A stretch of DNA of 64,000 nucleotides, taken from the NCBI RefSeq assembly GCF_006345805.1, contig NC_043002.1, positions 42,160,001-42,224,000 of the forward strand, written 5' to 3'. The translations under genes and the position numbers were made by a program. The notes under the pieces are model-generated. The model was given only the letters and a program-made list of their open reading frames with translations. It searched no databases and was not told where the DNA came from. The stretch comes from Octopus sinensis (taxonomy: Eukaryota). How positions within the stretch are numbered: the stretch's first letter is position 1; the number at the start of each line of letters is the position of its first letter. Shown piece by piece: positions 26,935 through 39,537 of this stretch.

Positions 26935-27585
26935 TTTTGTAGTATCATGGACCATTCAAGTAAGGAGTTGTTGTTGACTAACATGTATCCGGATACAGGT
27001 GGTCTATCTGGTATCTTTTAAAGAAATTTGTCCAGGTTTCGTTCGAAGGTGATAAGACCTTTTCCTTCTTTTATTTGTTTTGAGATAATATTAAATTGAA
27101 CAGAACCTGTTGAGGAAAAGAAATTGTGTTGCAGTGAATTAATGTGTTATGAGCCCGAATTGTGTAGGGGTGGGTATGGCAAGTTGCCCCAGCCTTAGAA
27201 GAACTCTGAATTTAATATTAAAGTCGTATGGACAATGCTGGTAGTATATTCTTAACATGATGTGGCGACGCTGGAGAGAATAAAGTTTCAATGTTTTGAG
27301 GCGATCCCAATTATCAAGATCAGCCAGGCCTTTTATATTTTTTTAGTAATTGCTCCCTGGTTTCTCAATTCTCGTGATTTGTTTGGTTTGGAGAGACCAC
27401 AGTGTGGGGATTAGTATTCTGGGTGTGGTTATACAAAGGAGGAGAGAGCAGGATGATGACATCTTACTCACTAGGCCAAGAAGTTCTGAGAATCCAGGAG
27501 TTCATCCTGTGAGCCATATCGACTTTTTTGTTGCTGTGAGCACTCCTACCAAGACTGATGTCAACAATTACTCCTAAGTCCCTTA
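26935..27585 (-). mobile_element. CR1-like LINE RT C-terminal fragment
   Basis: DLGVIVD..WILRT..DRLKTLKLYSLQRR..NLDKFLLKIPDRP, typical of CR1-group ORF2 ends. Confidence 0.8.
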
Positions 27586-27834
27586 TATTATTAGATGCTG
27601 TGAGCAGTTTTCCTACAGAAAGAAAATATGGTTTGAGCGCATTTTTTATCGAAAGTGCATGAGCTCAAGTTTTAGCCTCATTAATATGAATAAATGAATA
27701 ATAGAAAGTGGACTGAGCAACTCGCTTTATTACATAAGACTACAATTGTTTCAACGTAAATTCACCAGCAGAAACACTGAAGCATTACATAAAATATGAA
27801 TTAACAGATCATGGCAATTATCATTATCATTCTA

Positions 27835-28135
27835 GCAACGAACGTAGGCTCGAAACGTAGAAGACTTTCTCATTTCCCAAGCGTTAAACTAATACATCTG
27901 TTTGCTGTTTACACACCTGTCTTCGTCTTTTGTTTTTTTTTATTTTTTGTTTTTGTAAATTCCAACTATATATTGCACGCTCACGTGGTCGCACATGTTT
28001 CATCCTGTCTCCTTTCTCCTGAAGAGCGTAGGCTCGAAACGTAATAGACTTTCTCACTTCCCGAACGTTAAACTAATACATCTGTTTGTTGCTTACACAT
28101 CCGTCTTCGTCATTTTTTTTTGTAAATTCCCACTA
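27835..28135 (+). mobile_element. Two tandem copies (~185-bp period) of the same Penelope pLTR-like repeat
   Basis: CGTAGGCTCGAAACGTA..GACTTTCTCA.TTCCC.A.CGTTAAACTAATACATCTGTTTG at ~27843 and ~28027. Confidence 0.6.
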
Positions 28136-28344
28136 TATATATATATATATAAATATATATATCATTTATGAAGAGCATGCGACGTGGTAGCCTTTAATGA
28201 CTCACAAGTCTTCGTGTGCGATAGTTTCAGGTAGATGCATACAGTCTTTCTTCAGTATTTTGTTAAATGTAAAGTAGAGATAAGCCAAGAACGGTGGACT
28301 TTAGTCGTTACTTCAATGGCCTGCCGTCGAAGTAGATACGACTT

Positions 28345-29100
28345 TGAGTGTAATCATGCAAAGCTGTGTGATTCCGGGCAGATCTATTCACTTCCATTTC
28401 ATTCTATTCTTCGTAGAGATGGTGGGTAATAAACCCTGCTTTGGCAGGGTTATCACCCACTTGAATCATTCAAAGGTTTTCAGTAGGAACGGTCTCAGTG
28501 TAGCGAGTATCAGAACCGTTTCCATAGGCTGAATAATTTTAGTATACAACAGCATCTTATCGGTGATGAGACTGATGGGCCATTTGTCAGAACCGTTTGA
28601 GATCACGCGCTCGATCTATCAAAGGTTCTCTTTTTCCTCGGTCTAGTGCTTTTAAGCTCTTCGGCCATTACTACGGAAGCTAGGACTATTGTGGAGCATT
28701 CCGTCTGTACTGTAACACAGGGAGGATTCCTCGGTATGCACGGATGACGTTAGTGTAAAGATAGGGACACCATGGAAATCAAAACGGTTGGCATTGTGCT
28801 GAAGGACCGTCAACCGAGCGTGTCAAAAATCTTCGCAGATCAATGAAAGTGTTCAGCACGTACTCATTCAATATCCGAGCATTATTGACTTCTGGAGTTA
28901 TATCGAGTAGCTATTACCGTATTCAAGATAAAAACAGTTATTAGCCGAGTCCATTGTGAAGATCGTCCTGCCTATTTGCTTTGGCTGGGAATGGCAATGA
29001 AATACAAGATCGAAAGGTCTGAGAGTAGAGACTTTCTTCTTCGATCAAGCCTGCATTAACCTTTTAAAGTAATGCTTAAAAATGTGAGGGTAGAGTGAGA
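28345..29100 (+). mobile_element. Heavily decayed L1/Tx1-like LINE RT fragment
   Basis: QSCVIPGRSIH..VGNKPCFGRVITHLNHSKVF (cf. QTCAIPGRSIHDNL..LDQSKAFDRV); GHLSEPFEITRS (~28575); degenerate YADD site (~28738). Confidence 0.65.
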
Positions 29101-29302
29101 AGTGGTACTCTCCGGTAAATATATTGAAATGTGGGTGGGAGATATAAGTATGGCCTGAATGAATGCATCGGATAATACAGCTGGGGGAGGGCTAAAAGTC
29201 AACTCCTGTATCTGAAGATTTCTCCGAAGAACCCTAGGAGGCTATCTATCTACTGGAAAATTTCATTTCATTTCTCTTTAAAAAAACTGCCACTTCAGCG
29301 AG

Positions 29303-29545
29303 GTTCCAATTGATTCAATCAACGGAACAGCCTGCTCGTGAAATTAATGTGGAAGTGGCTCGTGAGATTAATGTGCAAGTGGCAAGTGTTAAGGGTACAC
29401 ATGTACCCTTAACGTAGATTTCAGGGAGATTCAGTGTGACACAGAATGTGAAAAGGCTGGTCCTTTGAATTGCATGTACCACTCATTTTTGCCAGCTGAG
29501 TGAACTGAAGCAACGTGAAATAAAGTGTCATGCTCAAGGACACAA
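29303..29545 (-). mobile_element. SINE family C, 5'-truncated, same tail as the 46979 copy
   Basis: TTCCAATTGATTCAATCAACGGAACAGCCTGCTCGTGAAATTAA..CATTTTTGCCAGCTGAGTG..GCTCAAGGACACA. Confidence 0.85.
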
Positions 29546-30279
29546 TTTCTCTTTACACTGCTGGTTTCTCTTGTCCGATTCTGTTCGTCCACCAACACTA
29601 CACAACGTTTTTGTTCTCGTAATATCCCCTCATCGGTGGTCACCACAGAAGTTACTGTTGCTGTTGAGCGAAGCGGTCTTCGTCCCAGTGGTAGAAGTCC
29701 GAAACGTGGTCCTTTGCTATTCGTAAAACCCACAGAAGAGAAAGCAGGTCAACCCCCCGACACCGAGAATATCGACGGATGGATGAATGCGCATCCAGGC
29801 TCAGCGGTTGCGTAGGAAGTTTAGTGGCAGGTCGACGCTGACCAAACCGATTTATGATTAACGTGCTCCAGATGAGGTAATCATGCATTTTCAGATACAG
29901 TCTATCACAGATTACAAAATCTAAATCATGCCTTCTGATTTCTTTTTTTTTTTCTTTTTCACGACCATTGATCGGCTAATATTGTTATTCATATTGATGG
30001 TTGTAGTGCTGTTGGTGGAACTCCGTTAATTGGTAAACACTTCTGTGTTTAATGCCGTTTCTATTAGCAACGCCGGAGACAACATTTGTTAGTCGTTAGT
30101 AAATCAAAATATAAGCATTCCTAGAATTCTTTACCAAAGCACTAAAGCATGCGGTTTTATTTATCTTTTAACTATGTTCTATAAATATGTTTGTGCGTGG
30201 GAGGAGGAGGGGAGGAGGACGATGAGGAGGAGGGATAGATAAATCCTTCAAGGCCGGTCATGAAAACATATGAAACACA

Positions 30280-30416
30280 CTCTCCTTCTCTCTCTCTCTC
30301 TCTTTTTCTCTCTCTCTCTCTCACTCTCTCTTTCTCTCTGTCTCTCTCTTTCTACTAGACACACACACAGAAACAATACATACATGCATACATACATACA
30401 TACATACATACATACA

Positions 30417-30449
<33 letters not shown>

Positions 30450-30583
30450 GTCATAACAACACTCGTATACAATAGGCTATTTTCGTACATGTAATTTTCA
30501 TTTACAATGCATACATGCATACATACATACATACATATATACATACATACATATATACATACATACATACATTTATACATACA

Positions 30584-30617
<34 letters not shown>

Positions 30618-30991
30618 CACACATATATGTCATAACAACACTCGTATACAATAGGCTATTTTCGTACATGTAATGTTTTCATTTACAATGTGTGTGTGTG
30701 TGTGTGTGTGTTGTGTGTGTGAGTACATTTTTGCACGATTTCGTTTCTATGTATGAATATTGTATATATTAATGTCAAGGATAAATACACATCCTTACAT
30801 ATGCACACACACACAGATATATACAGTAGAGAACAAATGTCTGTAGTCATCCATGCAGGAAAATAAACACCTACGTAGGTAATAATAAACATATGGACAT
30901 ACATATATTTCTTTCTCTGTCACCCCCCTCTCTCTCTCTCTCTACACACACACACATACACACATACCACACACACACATACATACATACA

Positions 30992-31022
<31 letters not shown>

Positions 31023-31083
31023 GTGTCTGCTTGTGTGTATAAACACACACACGTACATACATTCATGCAACCATGTATGGGTA

Positions 31084-31157
<74 letters not shown>

Positions 31158-31487
31158 TTATCTATCTCTATATATGTCTGTCCGTTCGGCCGGCCGTCCG
31201 TCTCTGTATGTATGTATGTATGTATGTATGTATGTATGTATGTATGTATGTATGTATGTATGTGTGTATGTATGTATGTATGTATTTGCGTATGAGCGTA
31301 CGTGTATGCGTGTATCTATGTACTTGCATCTATATATATGTATGTGTATAGAAGTATATATATATATAATACTTCTATACACACATATATATATATATAT
31401 AATATATATATTGTATGTATATACTCTTTTACTCTTTTACTTGTTTCAGCCATCCGGCTGAGGCCATGCTGGGGGCCACCGCCCTTT

Positions 31488-31530
<43 letters not shown>

Positions 31531-31578
31531 TTATATATATATTATTAATATATATATATATATATATTATATATATAG

Positions 31579-31609
<31 letters not shown>

Positions 31610-31700
31610 GTGTGTATGTGTATGTAGGTATGTATGTATGCACGCACATCAAGAGAAATGATGCGTAATGTGTGTGTGTGTGTTGTGTGTGGTGTGTGTG
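30280..31700. repeat. Compound microsatellite cluster (TC, TACA, TG, TATC, TATG, TA)
   Basis: Direct reading. Confidence 0.95.
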
Positions 31701-32180
31701 TGTGTGTGTGCGTGCGTTGGACTTTTTTTAGCATTAACATTTTGCAAAGCGAGCATAAACAAAAATCACACATGATTTATTACTTAGCATCTGACAAGGA
31801 TACCTTATAAAAACCTATTTAGAAATAACAGCAAAATGTTTCTTAAACTCACTGTATTGTCTGTCAAAGAATTAGATGCAAAATCTAAGAAGCATGAAAA
31901 AAGTGAAAAAAAAAAGCTGAGGAAGAAAGAAGAAATACAGAAAATTAAAATGGAATGATTGGGTGGGGGGTGGGGTGGGGCGAAAGAGTTCTTTTTACAT
32001 TATCACAATGGATATGAAATTTGTTTGACACCAAAATGTCTATTTTCCTTCCTCGTTTAGAATCTCTCTTTCGCTTGCACTCAGTTTCTTTCAGTCTCTC
32101 TTTTTCTCTCACTCTCTTTCTCTGTCTGTCTGTTTGTCTCTTTTTCTCTCCTTCTCCTCTCCCTCCTTCTCTCCCCCCCC

Positions 32181-32227
<47 letters not shown>

Positions 32228-33029
32228 GCTGTCTGTCTGTCTATCTGCCTGTCTCTCTCCCTGTCTCTCTCCTTCTCTTCTCCCTCCCTCTCTCTCTCTG
32301 TCTCTCTCTCTCTCTCTTGCTCCTTCTTTTAATTCCTCGATTTCACACTTATTTTGTTTCTATCTTCTTGTTCGCGATTCATTCTCTCTTCAAGCCTTTC
32401 TTTCTTTCATTTTTTTTCTTTCTGTCCTTCCTTTTTTCTTTCTTACCTTCTTTCTTTCTTTCTTTCCTTCTTTCCTTCTCTCTGAGAGGCAAAACAGTCA
32501 TGTTGACAATGATTGATATCGATACATAGAGAAAAAAGTGAAGAGCAGAAGGTGGGTAGCGGTCGTGTATGTGACAAACTCAAGGGAGAAATGAAAGGGT
32601 TAAAACCCAGTGAGATATGGCTCTAAACACATTGGTAAGGAGAGAGAAGGAAAACGGTCACGTATGTGATGCTCGTAGTTCTATCATAAAAAGTTTCAAC
32701 GGGAAAGAACAGTGATAAAAGGGTGAAGCCTACATGTTCATCAGCCCCGTATATTTGTTATTTAATTTTTTAGAATTTTTTTTTTCAGGTTTGTATGTTT
32801 TAAACATCAAAGATTATGAATCTGCAATGTTTTATTATTTTTTTTTTGGCGCTTTCGCTATCCCCACCCTTATCTTTTACTTGTGGCGATATCTGTGACA
32901 TTACCTCTGAAGGATTTTTTGGGAAGCAAATTGATCCTAGTACTTATTTATTTTTAAGTCCGTTAATCATTTCATCACCTCCTTTGCTGAACCATCAATT
33001 TAAGTAACGGTACAATGGGGGAACACACA

Positions 33030-33120
<91 letters not shown>

Positions 33121-33129
33121 TCACTCACA

Positions 33130-33345
33130 CGGCTCCCGATTTTGGAATTGAAAGCTATATCAACGACCGAGCTGGACGGCACTGCATAATACCAAAGATC
33201 CCGTCTTCTCCATCTAGAATAAGGAACCAGTACTGTAACAGCTTTGTTTTCCAGGGTCCATAACAATTCTTCAGAGATTTGTGAGATGAAGATGTGGAGG
33301 TCTTCAAAGAACATCTGGATAAATTTTTATCTGAGATACTAGATG
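33130..33345 (+). mobile_element. CR1-like LINE 3' fragment
   Basis: FGIESYINDRAGRHCIIPKIPSSPSRIRNQYCNSFVFQGP..DVEVFKEHLDKFLSEILDE. Confidence 0.7.
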
Positions 33346-33469
33346 AAACATCATCGCTACTACACACGAAACTATACAGAAAATAAACCCAGTCACACTG
33401 AAAGGCGATGCAACAGCATGGCCCCAGCCTCTGGTTGAAACCAATGAGACCACCACCACCACCACCACC

Positions 33470-33504
<35 letters not shown>

Positions 33505-33564
33505 ATATATATATATATGAATATATATTTAGAGAGCGAGGCGGAGAGAAAGAGAAAGCGGTAG

Positions 33565-33649
<85 letters not shown>

Positions 33650-33775
33650 TTACGTCAACCAAATCCACTCACAAGACTTTGGTCGGCCGGTGCTATTGTA
33701 GAAGGCACTTGCTCACGGTGCCACTCTGTGGGATTGAATCCCCTGAACCCTGTGGTTTGGAATCGAACTTCTTAT

Positions 33776-34186
33776 TTCTTTATTGCCCACAAGGGGCTAA
33801 ACATAGAGGGAACAAACAAGGACAGACAAAAAGATTAAGTCGATTATATCGACCCCAGTGTGTAACTGGTACTTATTTAATCGACCCCGAAAGGATGAAA
33901 GGCAAAGTCGACCTCGGCGGAATTTGAACTCAGAACGCGAAGACAGGCGAAATACCTATTTCTTTACTACCCACAAGGGGCTAAATACAGAGAAGACAAA
34001 CAAGAACAGAAAAACGGATTAAGTCGATTAGATCGACCCCAGTGCGTAACTGGTACTTAATTTATCGACCCCGAAAGGATGAAAGGCAAAGTCGACCTCG
34101 GCGGAATTTGAACTCAGAACGTAGCGGCAGACGAAATACGGCTACCCAATTTCGCCCGGCGTGCTAACGTTTCTGCCAGCTCGAAC
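33776..34186 (-). mobile_element. Tandem pair of SINE family A copies
   Basis: Two near-identical units 33776-33955 and 33956-34186. Confidence 0.92.
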
Positions 34187-35560
34187 TTCTTTATTTATCA
34201 AATTGGCCATGAAGGCCTTACAGAGAAGCAATGCGGGCTCCAGCTCGAACATCGTATCACACAGCATTCGCATTCAACAAGACTTAACTATTTTACTTTT
34301 GACTTCTTATTGAGAGTATCTTTCTGAAGTATGTTTTAAATTAAGATACATGCATACATACGCACGTACGCGCGTGTGTGCGTGTGTGTGTATTCTACAA
34401 TTGGCACAAGGCCTGAAATATATCGAGGCGGGCGAGTTGATTCCATCAATCTCTGTGCTTAATTGGTACATGTTTTATCGATTCGATAGTATGAAAGGTA
34501 AAGTCGACTTCGGCGGAATTTGAACGCAGAATGTAAAGTCGGAACAAATGCCGCTAAATATTTTATCCGGCGTGCTAACGATTCTGCCAGCTCACTGCCT
34601 GAAAATGTATTAATAACACTTCCTTTTCAAAATCCCGTTCTTCAGAAAAGTTTTTCGATCATTCCTTTCTCAGGTTTGGACGCTATCGTGAATTTCTCTT
34701 TCCACACACACACACAAACACGAACACAGTGATAAAAAGTTTCCTTCCCAACCACGTGGTTTCGGATTTAGTCTCACAGCGTGGTACCGAGAGCAAGTGC
34801 CTTCTTTCATAACCTCGAGTGAACAAAAGACTCGTTTGTGGATTTGGTAGACGGAAACTGAAACGAGCTTATCGTATGTATATATATATATATATATAAA
34901 TAAATATATATATATATATATAAGGTTAATCCAAACGGGAAAACAGAAAAACAACACACGTGGAACAATTACAGTATTATTATTATTAGGCGCTCAGGAA
35001 AATGGAAGAAGGAGATATATATATAAATCTATTGGGATCTTTTCAAATTTGTGGCCAGGACCCCAGATCTTTCTAGTTAACTAAATAATTTGAAACTTTT
35101 ATACTCATAGAGTGGAACTAGTTTATTCGCCAGTTGAACTATTTATTTGAGAAAAATCTATTTTATGACTTTAATCGTAGATTTAAAACTGCGAATTTTA
35201 ACCAATGAGATTGCTTGTTTTCATATCTAAAACGTTGTGTGACGTTGAAAGCAGTTTTGTGACGTAGTTGAAGACGGCTTATAAGCACGTCTGCTATTTC
35301 TAAAAAAGCTTGTGTGTGTGGTAAAGTAATTTTTTTACTTTACCATATTTTATAAATTATATCGGAGAATCCATATTTTATAACATATATCGGAGAATCC
35401 ATGTGATTTTTCGTTGTTTTTCTCTTAACGTATGTGAATTATTTCTGAGTATGCATTGTCTGGGAGACTTTTTCTTGCAGTTGAGAAATTTTTGGCTGCT
35501 ATTTCTAAAAAGCTCGGTGTGTGGTTAAGTAATTTTTTTACTTTACCATATTTTTTATAA

Positions 35561-35604
<44 letters not shown>

Positions 35605-36363
35605 TTACCCGTGTATGTGTATTTGTATGTCTGCATGTGGTGTGTATGTATGTGTGGTGTTGTGTGGTGTAATATGTTTAAAATTACATTGAATTGGCCA
35701 TACATACATACATACACATACACAGATACATACACACATACATTCAGGCATATACACATACACCGAGTAAAAAATTTCAGTTTATCTCTCTCTTTCACAC
35801 ATTACTCTCTCTGTCTCTTCACCGCCTAACAGAAGCACTTCACTTACACAACATACTGTCTCCCACACCCCATCAACACACACACACACATGTACATCAA
35901 TGCTTCCCCTAGACGGTAACTTCAAAGACAAACTTTTGTTATTAGAAGGTGGCTGACTATAGCTTGTTTACATTTAAGATGTTTAAAAATACGTCACACG
36001 AAATTGGTGGTCGAGACGGGAGTAAATAAAATAAAGCCGAATGACGAATATCATTGGTTAAAATTCTAATTATTAAAACAAACGTTAAAACTTAGAAGTT
36101 ACAATTCCGTTTTCATTCTGGTTTACAATTAAGTTTACTTTTGACACATTCTACCAGTATACGAAGTTTCAATTGTTTGGTTCAGTAGGAAGAAATTTGA
36201 AGAAAAAACTGGCTTCAGAATAGAAAAGATCCTATATATTTATATAAATAAGGATAAGATCGTTATTATTTAAATACTGATCTATCATGTGGCTAGCATG
36301 GGAATAAAACCTCATAGGTAATAATTATTATTAAAATTATAATTAGGGGTGTCTAGAGTCACT

Positions 36364-36446
<83 letters not shown>

Positions 36447-36501
36447 GATATACATATATACACATACATTTATTTATTTTATTTATATATTTTATCTAGT
36501 T

Positions 36502-36771
36502 TCAGTCATTAGACTGCGGCCATACTGGAGCACAGCTTTTAAGTAGAAGAAATCGACCCGAGGACTTATTCTTTGTAAGCCTACTACGTATTCTATCGGT
36601 CTCTTTGTAGAAAACACTTGTATTGTATTGTATTGTAGTGTATTGTAGAAAACACTTACCCAAGGTGCCACGCAGTGGGACTGAACTCAGAACCATGTGG
36701 TATGTATATTATATATATGTTTGTATATATATATATGTGTGTGTATATATATATGTGTGTATATATATGTG

Positions 36772-36821
<50 letters not shown>

Positions 36822-37560
36822 ATATATGTACATATGTATGTATGTTTGTATTACCTATATATATATACATACATGTCTGTGTGTGTGCATTTGTGTGTTT
36901 ATCTGTGTTTGTTCCCCACCAAAGCTTGACAACCAGTATTGATGTGCTTACATCCCCGTGGCTTAGCAATTCAGCAAAAGAACCAAATAGGATAACGAGC
37001 GGGCTTTAAAAATAAGTGCCCCTCGACAAAAACCTCCAAGGTGGTGTCCCAGTATGGCTGCAGTAAAAATGACAGGAACAAGTAAAAGATACTATACATT
37101 ACACACACACACACATAGACACACACACACACATACGTATGTCGCTGTGTGGTAAGTAGCGTGCTTACGAACCACATGGTTCCGGGTTCAGCACCACTGC
37201 GTGTCACCTTGGGCAAGTGTCTTCTACTATAGCTTCGGGCCGACCAAAGCCTTGTGAGTGGATTTGGTAGACGGAAACTGAAAGAAGCCCGTCGTATATA
37301 TGTATATATGTGCCCGTCATATATATATGTGTATATGTGTATGTGTATACGTTTGTGTGTCTTTGTTTGTCCCCTCAACATCGCTTGACAACTGATGCTG
37401 TTGTGTTTACGTCCCCGTAACTTAGCGGTTCGACAAAAGAGACCGATTGAATAAGTACTAGGCTTACAAAGAATAAATCCTAGGGTCGATTTGCTCGACT
37501 AAAGGCGGTGCTCCAGCATGGCCACAGTGAAATGACTGAAACCAGTAAATGAGTAAAAGA
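36502..37560. mobile_element. Cluster of SINE family B: deleted minus copy (36502-36700), plus 3' half (36890-37085), full plus copy (37142-37560)
   Basis: Family B modules in both orientations separated by (TA/TG)n. Confidence 0.85.
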
Positions 37561-38071
37561 GAATGTGTGTGTACATACATGCATACATACATACATACAT
37601 ACATACATACATACATACATACATACATACATACATACATACATAATACATACATACATACATACATACATACATACATACATACATACACAATAGATAC
37701 TACATACATACATACATACATACATACATACATTTATACCTTTTTGTAGAGATTTTTCTTTTTTTTTTTACAGTGAGTGCCCACAGGTGGCGGATAATGC
37801 CACTTTTAGATATAGATATGAATATACACACATTGATACAGGGGTTTGCTGCGAATAGACCAGCTTGATAATTAATTAGTAGTCGCTCGAAAACAGCAGC
37901 ACCATTCAGCAGGGTGCAGTGAACCAACAGATAACGGAGTTCGATCTATAAAAAGCTATATAAACTCTTTGACAGTAGCGTGTGACAAGACGAATAAAGG
38001 TCGCCTTTAAATAAAGCTTAGCTTCCATATACGCCTGCGAGAAAACTCTCTCCCGCCAGCTGTCACGCCTT

Positions 38072-38171
38072 NNNNNNNNNNNNNNNNNNNNNNNNNNNNN
38101 NNNNNNNNNNNNNNNNNNNNNNNNNNNNNNNNNNNNNNNNNNNNNNNNNNNNNNNNNNNNNNNNNNNNNNN
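38072..38171. other. Assembly gap (100 N)
   Basis: Run of exactly 100 N; the true length is unknown. Confidence 0.99.
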
Positions 38172-38505
38172 AATCGATGCTACACGTACGCGAGAAAAAT
38201 GCACGTGCAGTTTGCGCAAAAAAAGCCGGCTGACTTGAAATAATGCCACAAAATGCAGTATATTTAAGAGACAAAAAAAGTAAGATGCAAAAAAGATATT
38301 TTCTTCAAACTTGGCATGAAGGAAGGAAAGACTATTTCGTTTCTCAAGATTTTTTTTTTTTTTGCCTTAACTTCGTTTAACAAAACCAAAAATTTTATTG
38401 AAATAAAGGCATGCTTAATTATTTTTTAATGAAAAGAAACACTGATTGCTTTTTGTTCAGCATATATGATTCAGCACCGTCCATTGGACGGGGGCGTTTT
38501 GCCCG
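38172..38505 (+). mobile_element. 3' portion of a Helitron-like element related to 56014-56573 (5' limit unknown, may cross the gap)
   Basis: CAGCACCGTCCATTGGACGG..GGCGTTTTGCCCG|T at 38472-38506 matches the minus-strand 3' end at 56014-56058. Confidence 0.45.
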
Positions 38506-38513
38506 TATACATA

Positions 38514-39049
38514 CAGGGTGTCCCAAAAAAATGTATACACACCTTAAATAATTGTAAATTTGGGGTTTATTATAATTCGAATAATTTTCAACATGTAAAA
38601 GAATTTACAAATATCATTCTATTGTCTTGTTATCGCATGTTCTCAAACTGATGTCCGTTCTGCTCCAGACACTGCTGACAACGCGAAGCGATGGGATGGC
38701 ACACATCATGGAACAATTCCCTTGGGATATTCGTACATTCATGTTCAATAGTTGCCCTCAATTGAACGACTGTTGCAGGTTTCTGTGCGTAGACTTTGTC
38801 CTTTAGGTATCCCCATAAAAAGAAGTCTAGTGGTGTGAGGTCTGGTGAACGTGGAGGGTATTCGACAAAACCTCTCCGTCCAATCCACCTGTTTGGCAAG
38901 ATCCCATCAAGAAAGGATCTAACATCGCGATGGTAGTGTGGAGGTGCCCCATCTTGCTGGAAATAAAACTCTTCCTGTTCAAAGTCCTCTCTAATGCTTG
39001 GCATGACAGACTGTTGCAGCAAGTGTATACATTTTTTTGGGACACCCTG
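38514..39049 (-). mobile_element. Internally deleted DD41D (rosa-like) Tc1/mariner element with perfect 27-bp TIRs and TA TSD
   Basis: TIR CAGGGTGTCCCAAAAAAATGTATACAC at 38514-38540 and its exact reverse complement at 39023-39049, with TA on both sides. The uninterrupted frame FYFQQDGAPPHY..WIGRRG..PPRSPDLTPLDFFLWGYLKDKVY..NGHQFE has 41 residues between the second and third D. Confidence 0.95.
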
Positions 39050-39228
39050 TATATCAATGAAGACCACTTTTCGCATTCAGTTAAGTCTCTATTATACTTG
39101 ATGATATCTTTTTTTCTTTCTTTCAGTCATTCGTCTGCAAACTGCGCCTATTTGACATTGCTGAATCGGCGTTGACTTATTTGACACCAGGCTTTTCTAT
39201 ATCTTTCTTGTTTTAATATTTCTCTCGT

Positions 39229-39405
39229 TCTTGGCAGAATTGTTAGCACGCTGACGAAATACTCAGCGGTATTTCGCCCGTTGCTCCGTTCTGAGTTCAA
39301 ATTCCGCCGAGGTCGACTTTGCCTTTCATCCTTTCGGGGTCGATAAATTAAGTACCAGTCGCGTACTGGATTGATCTAATCGACTGGCCCCCACCTCCCC
39401 AAAAA
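39229..39405 (+). mobile_element. SINE family A
   Basis: GGCAGAATTGTTAGCACGC..GAGTTCAAATTCCGCCGAGGTCGACTTTGCCTTTCATCC. Confidence 0.9.
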
Positions 39406-39537
39406 TTTCTCTCGTTCACTTCCTCTCTCTTCTCCTCTCTTTCTTTCTCTCTCACTATCTTTTTTCACACACAACACACACACTTCCTGCCCGTCTGTCT
39501 GACTCGCTTTATCTCTCTCTCTCTCGCTTTATTTATA

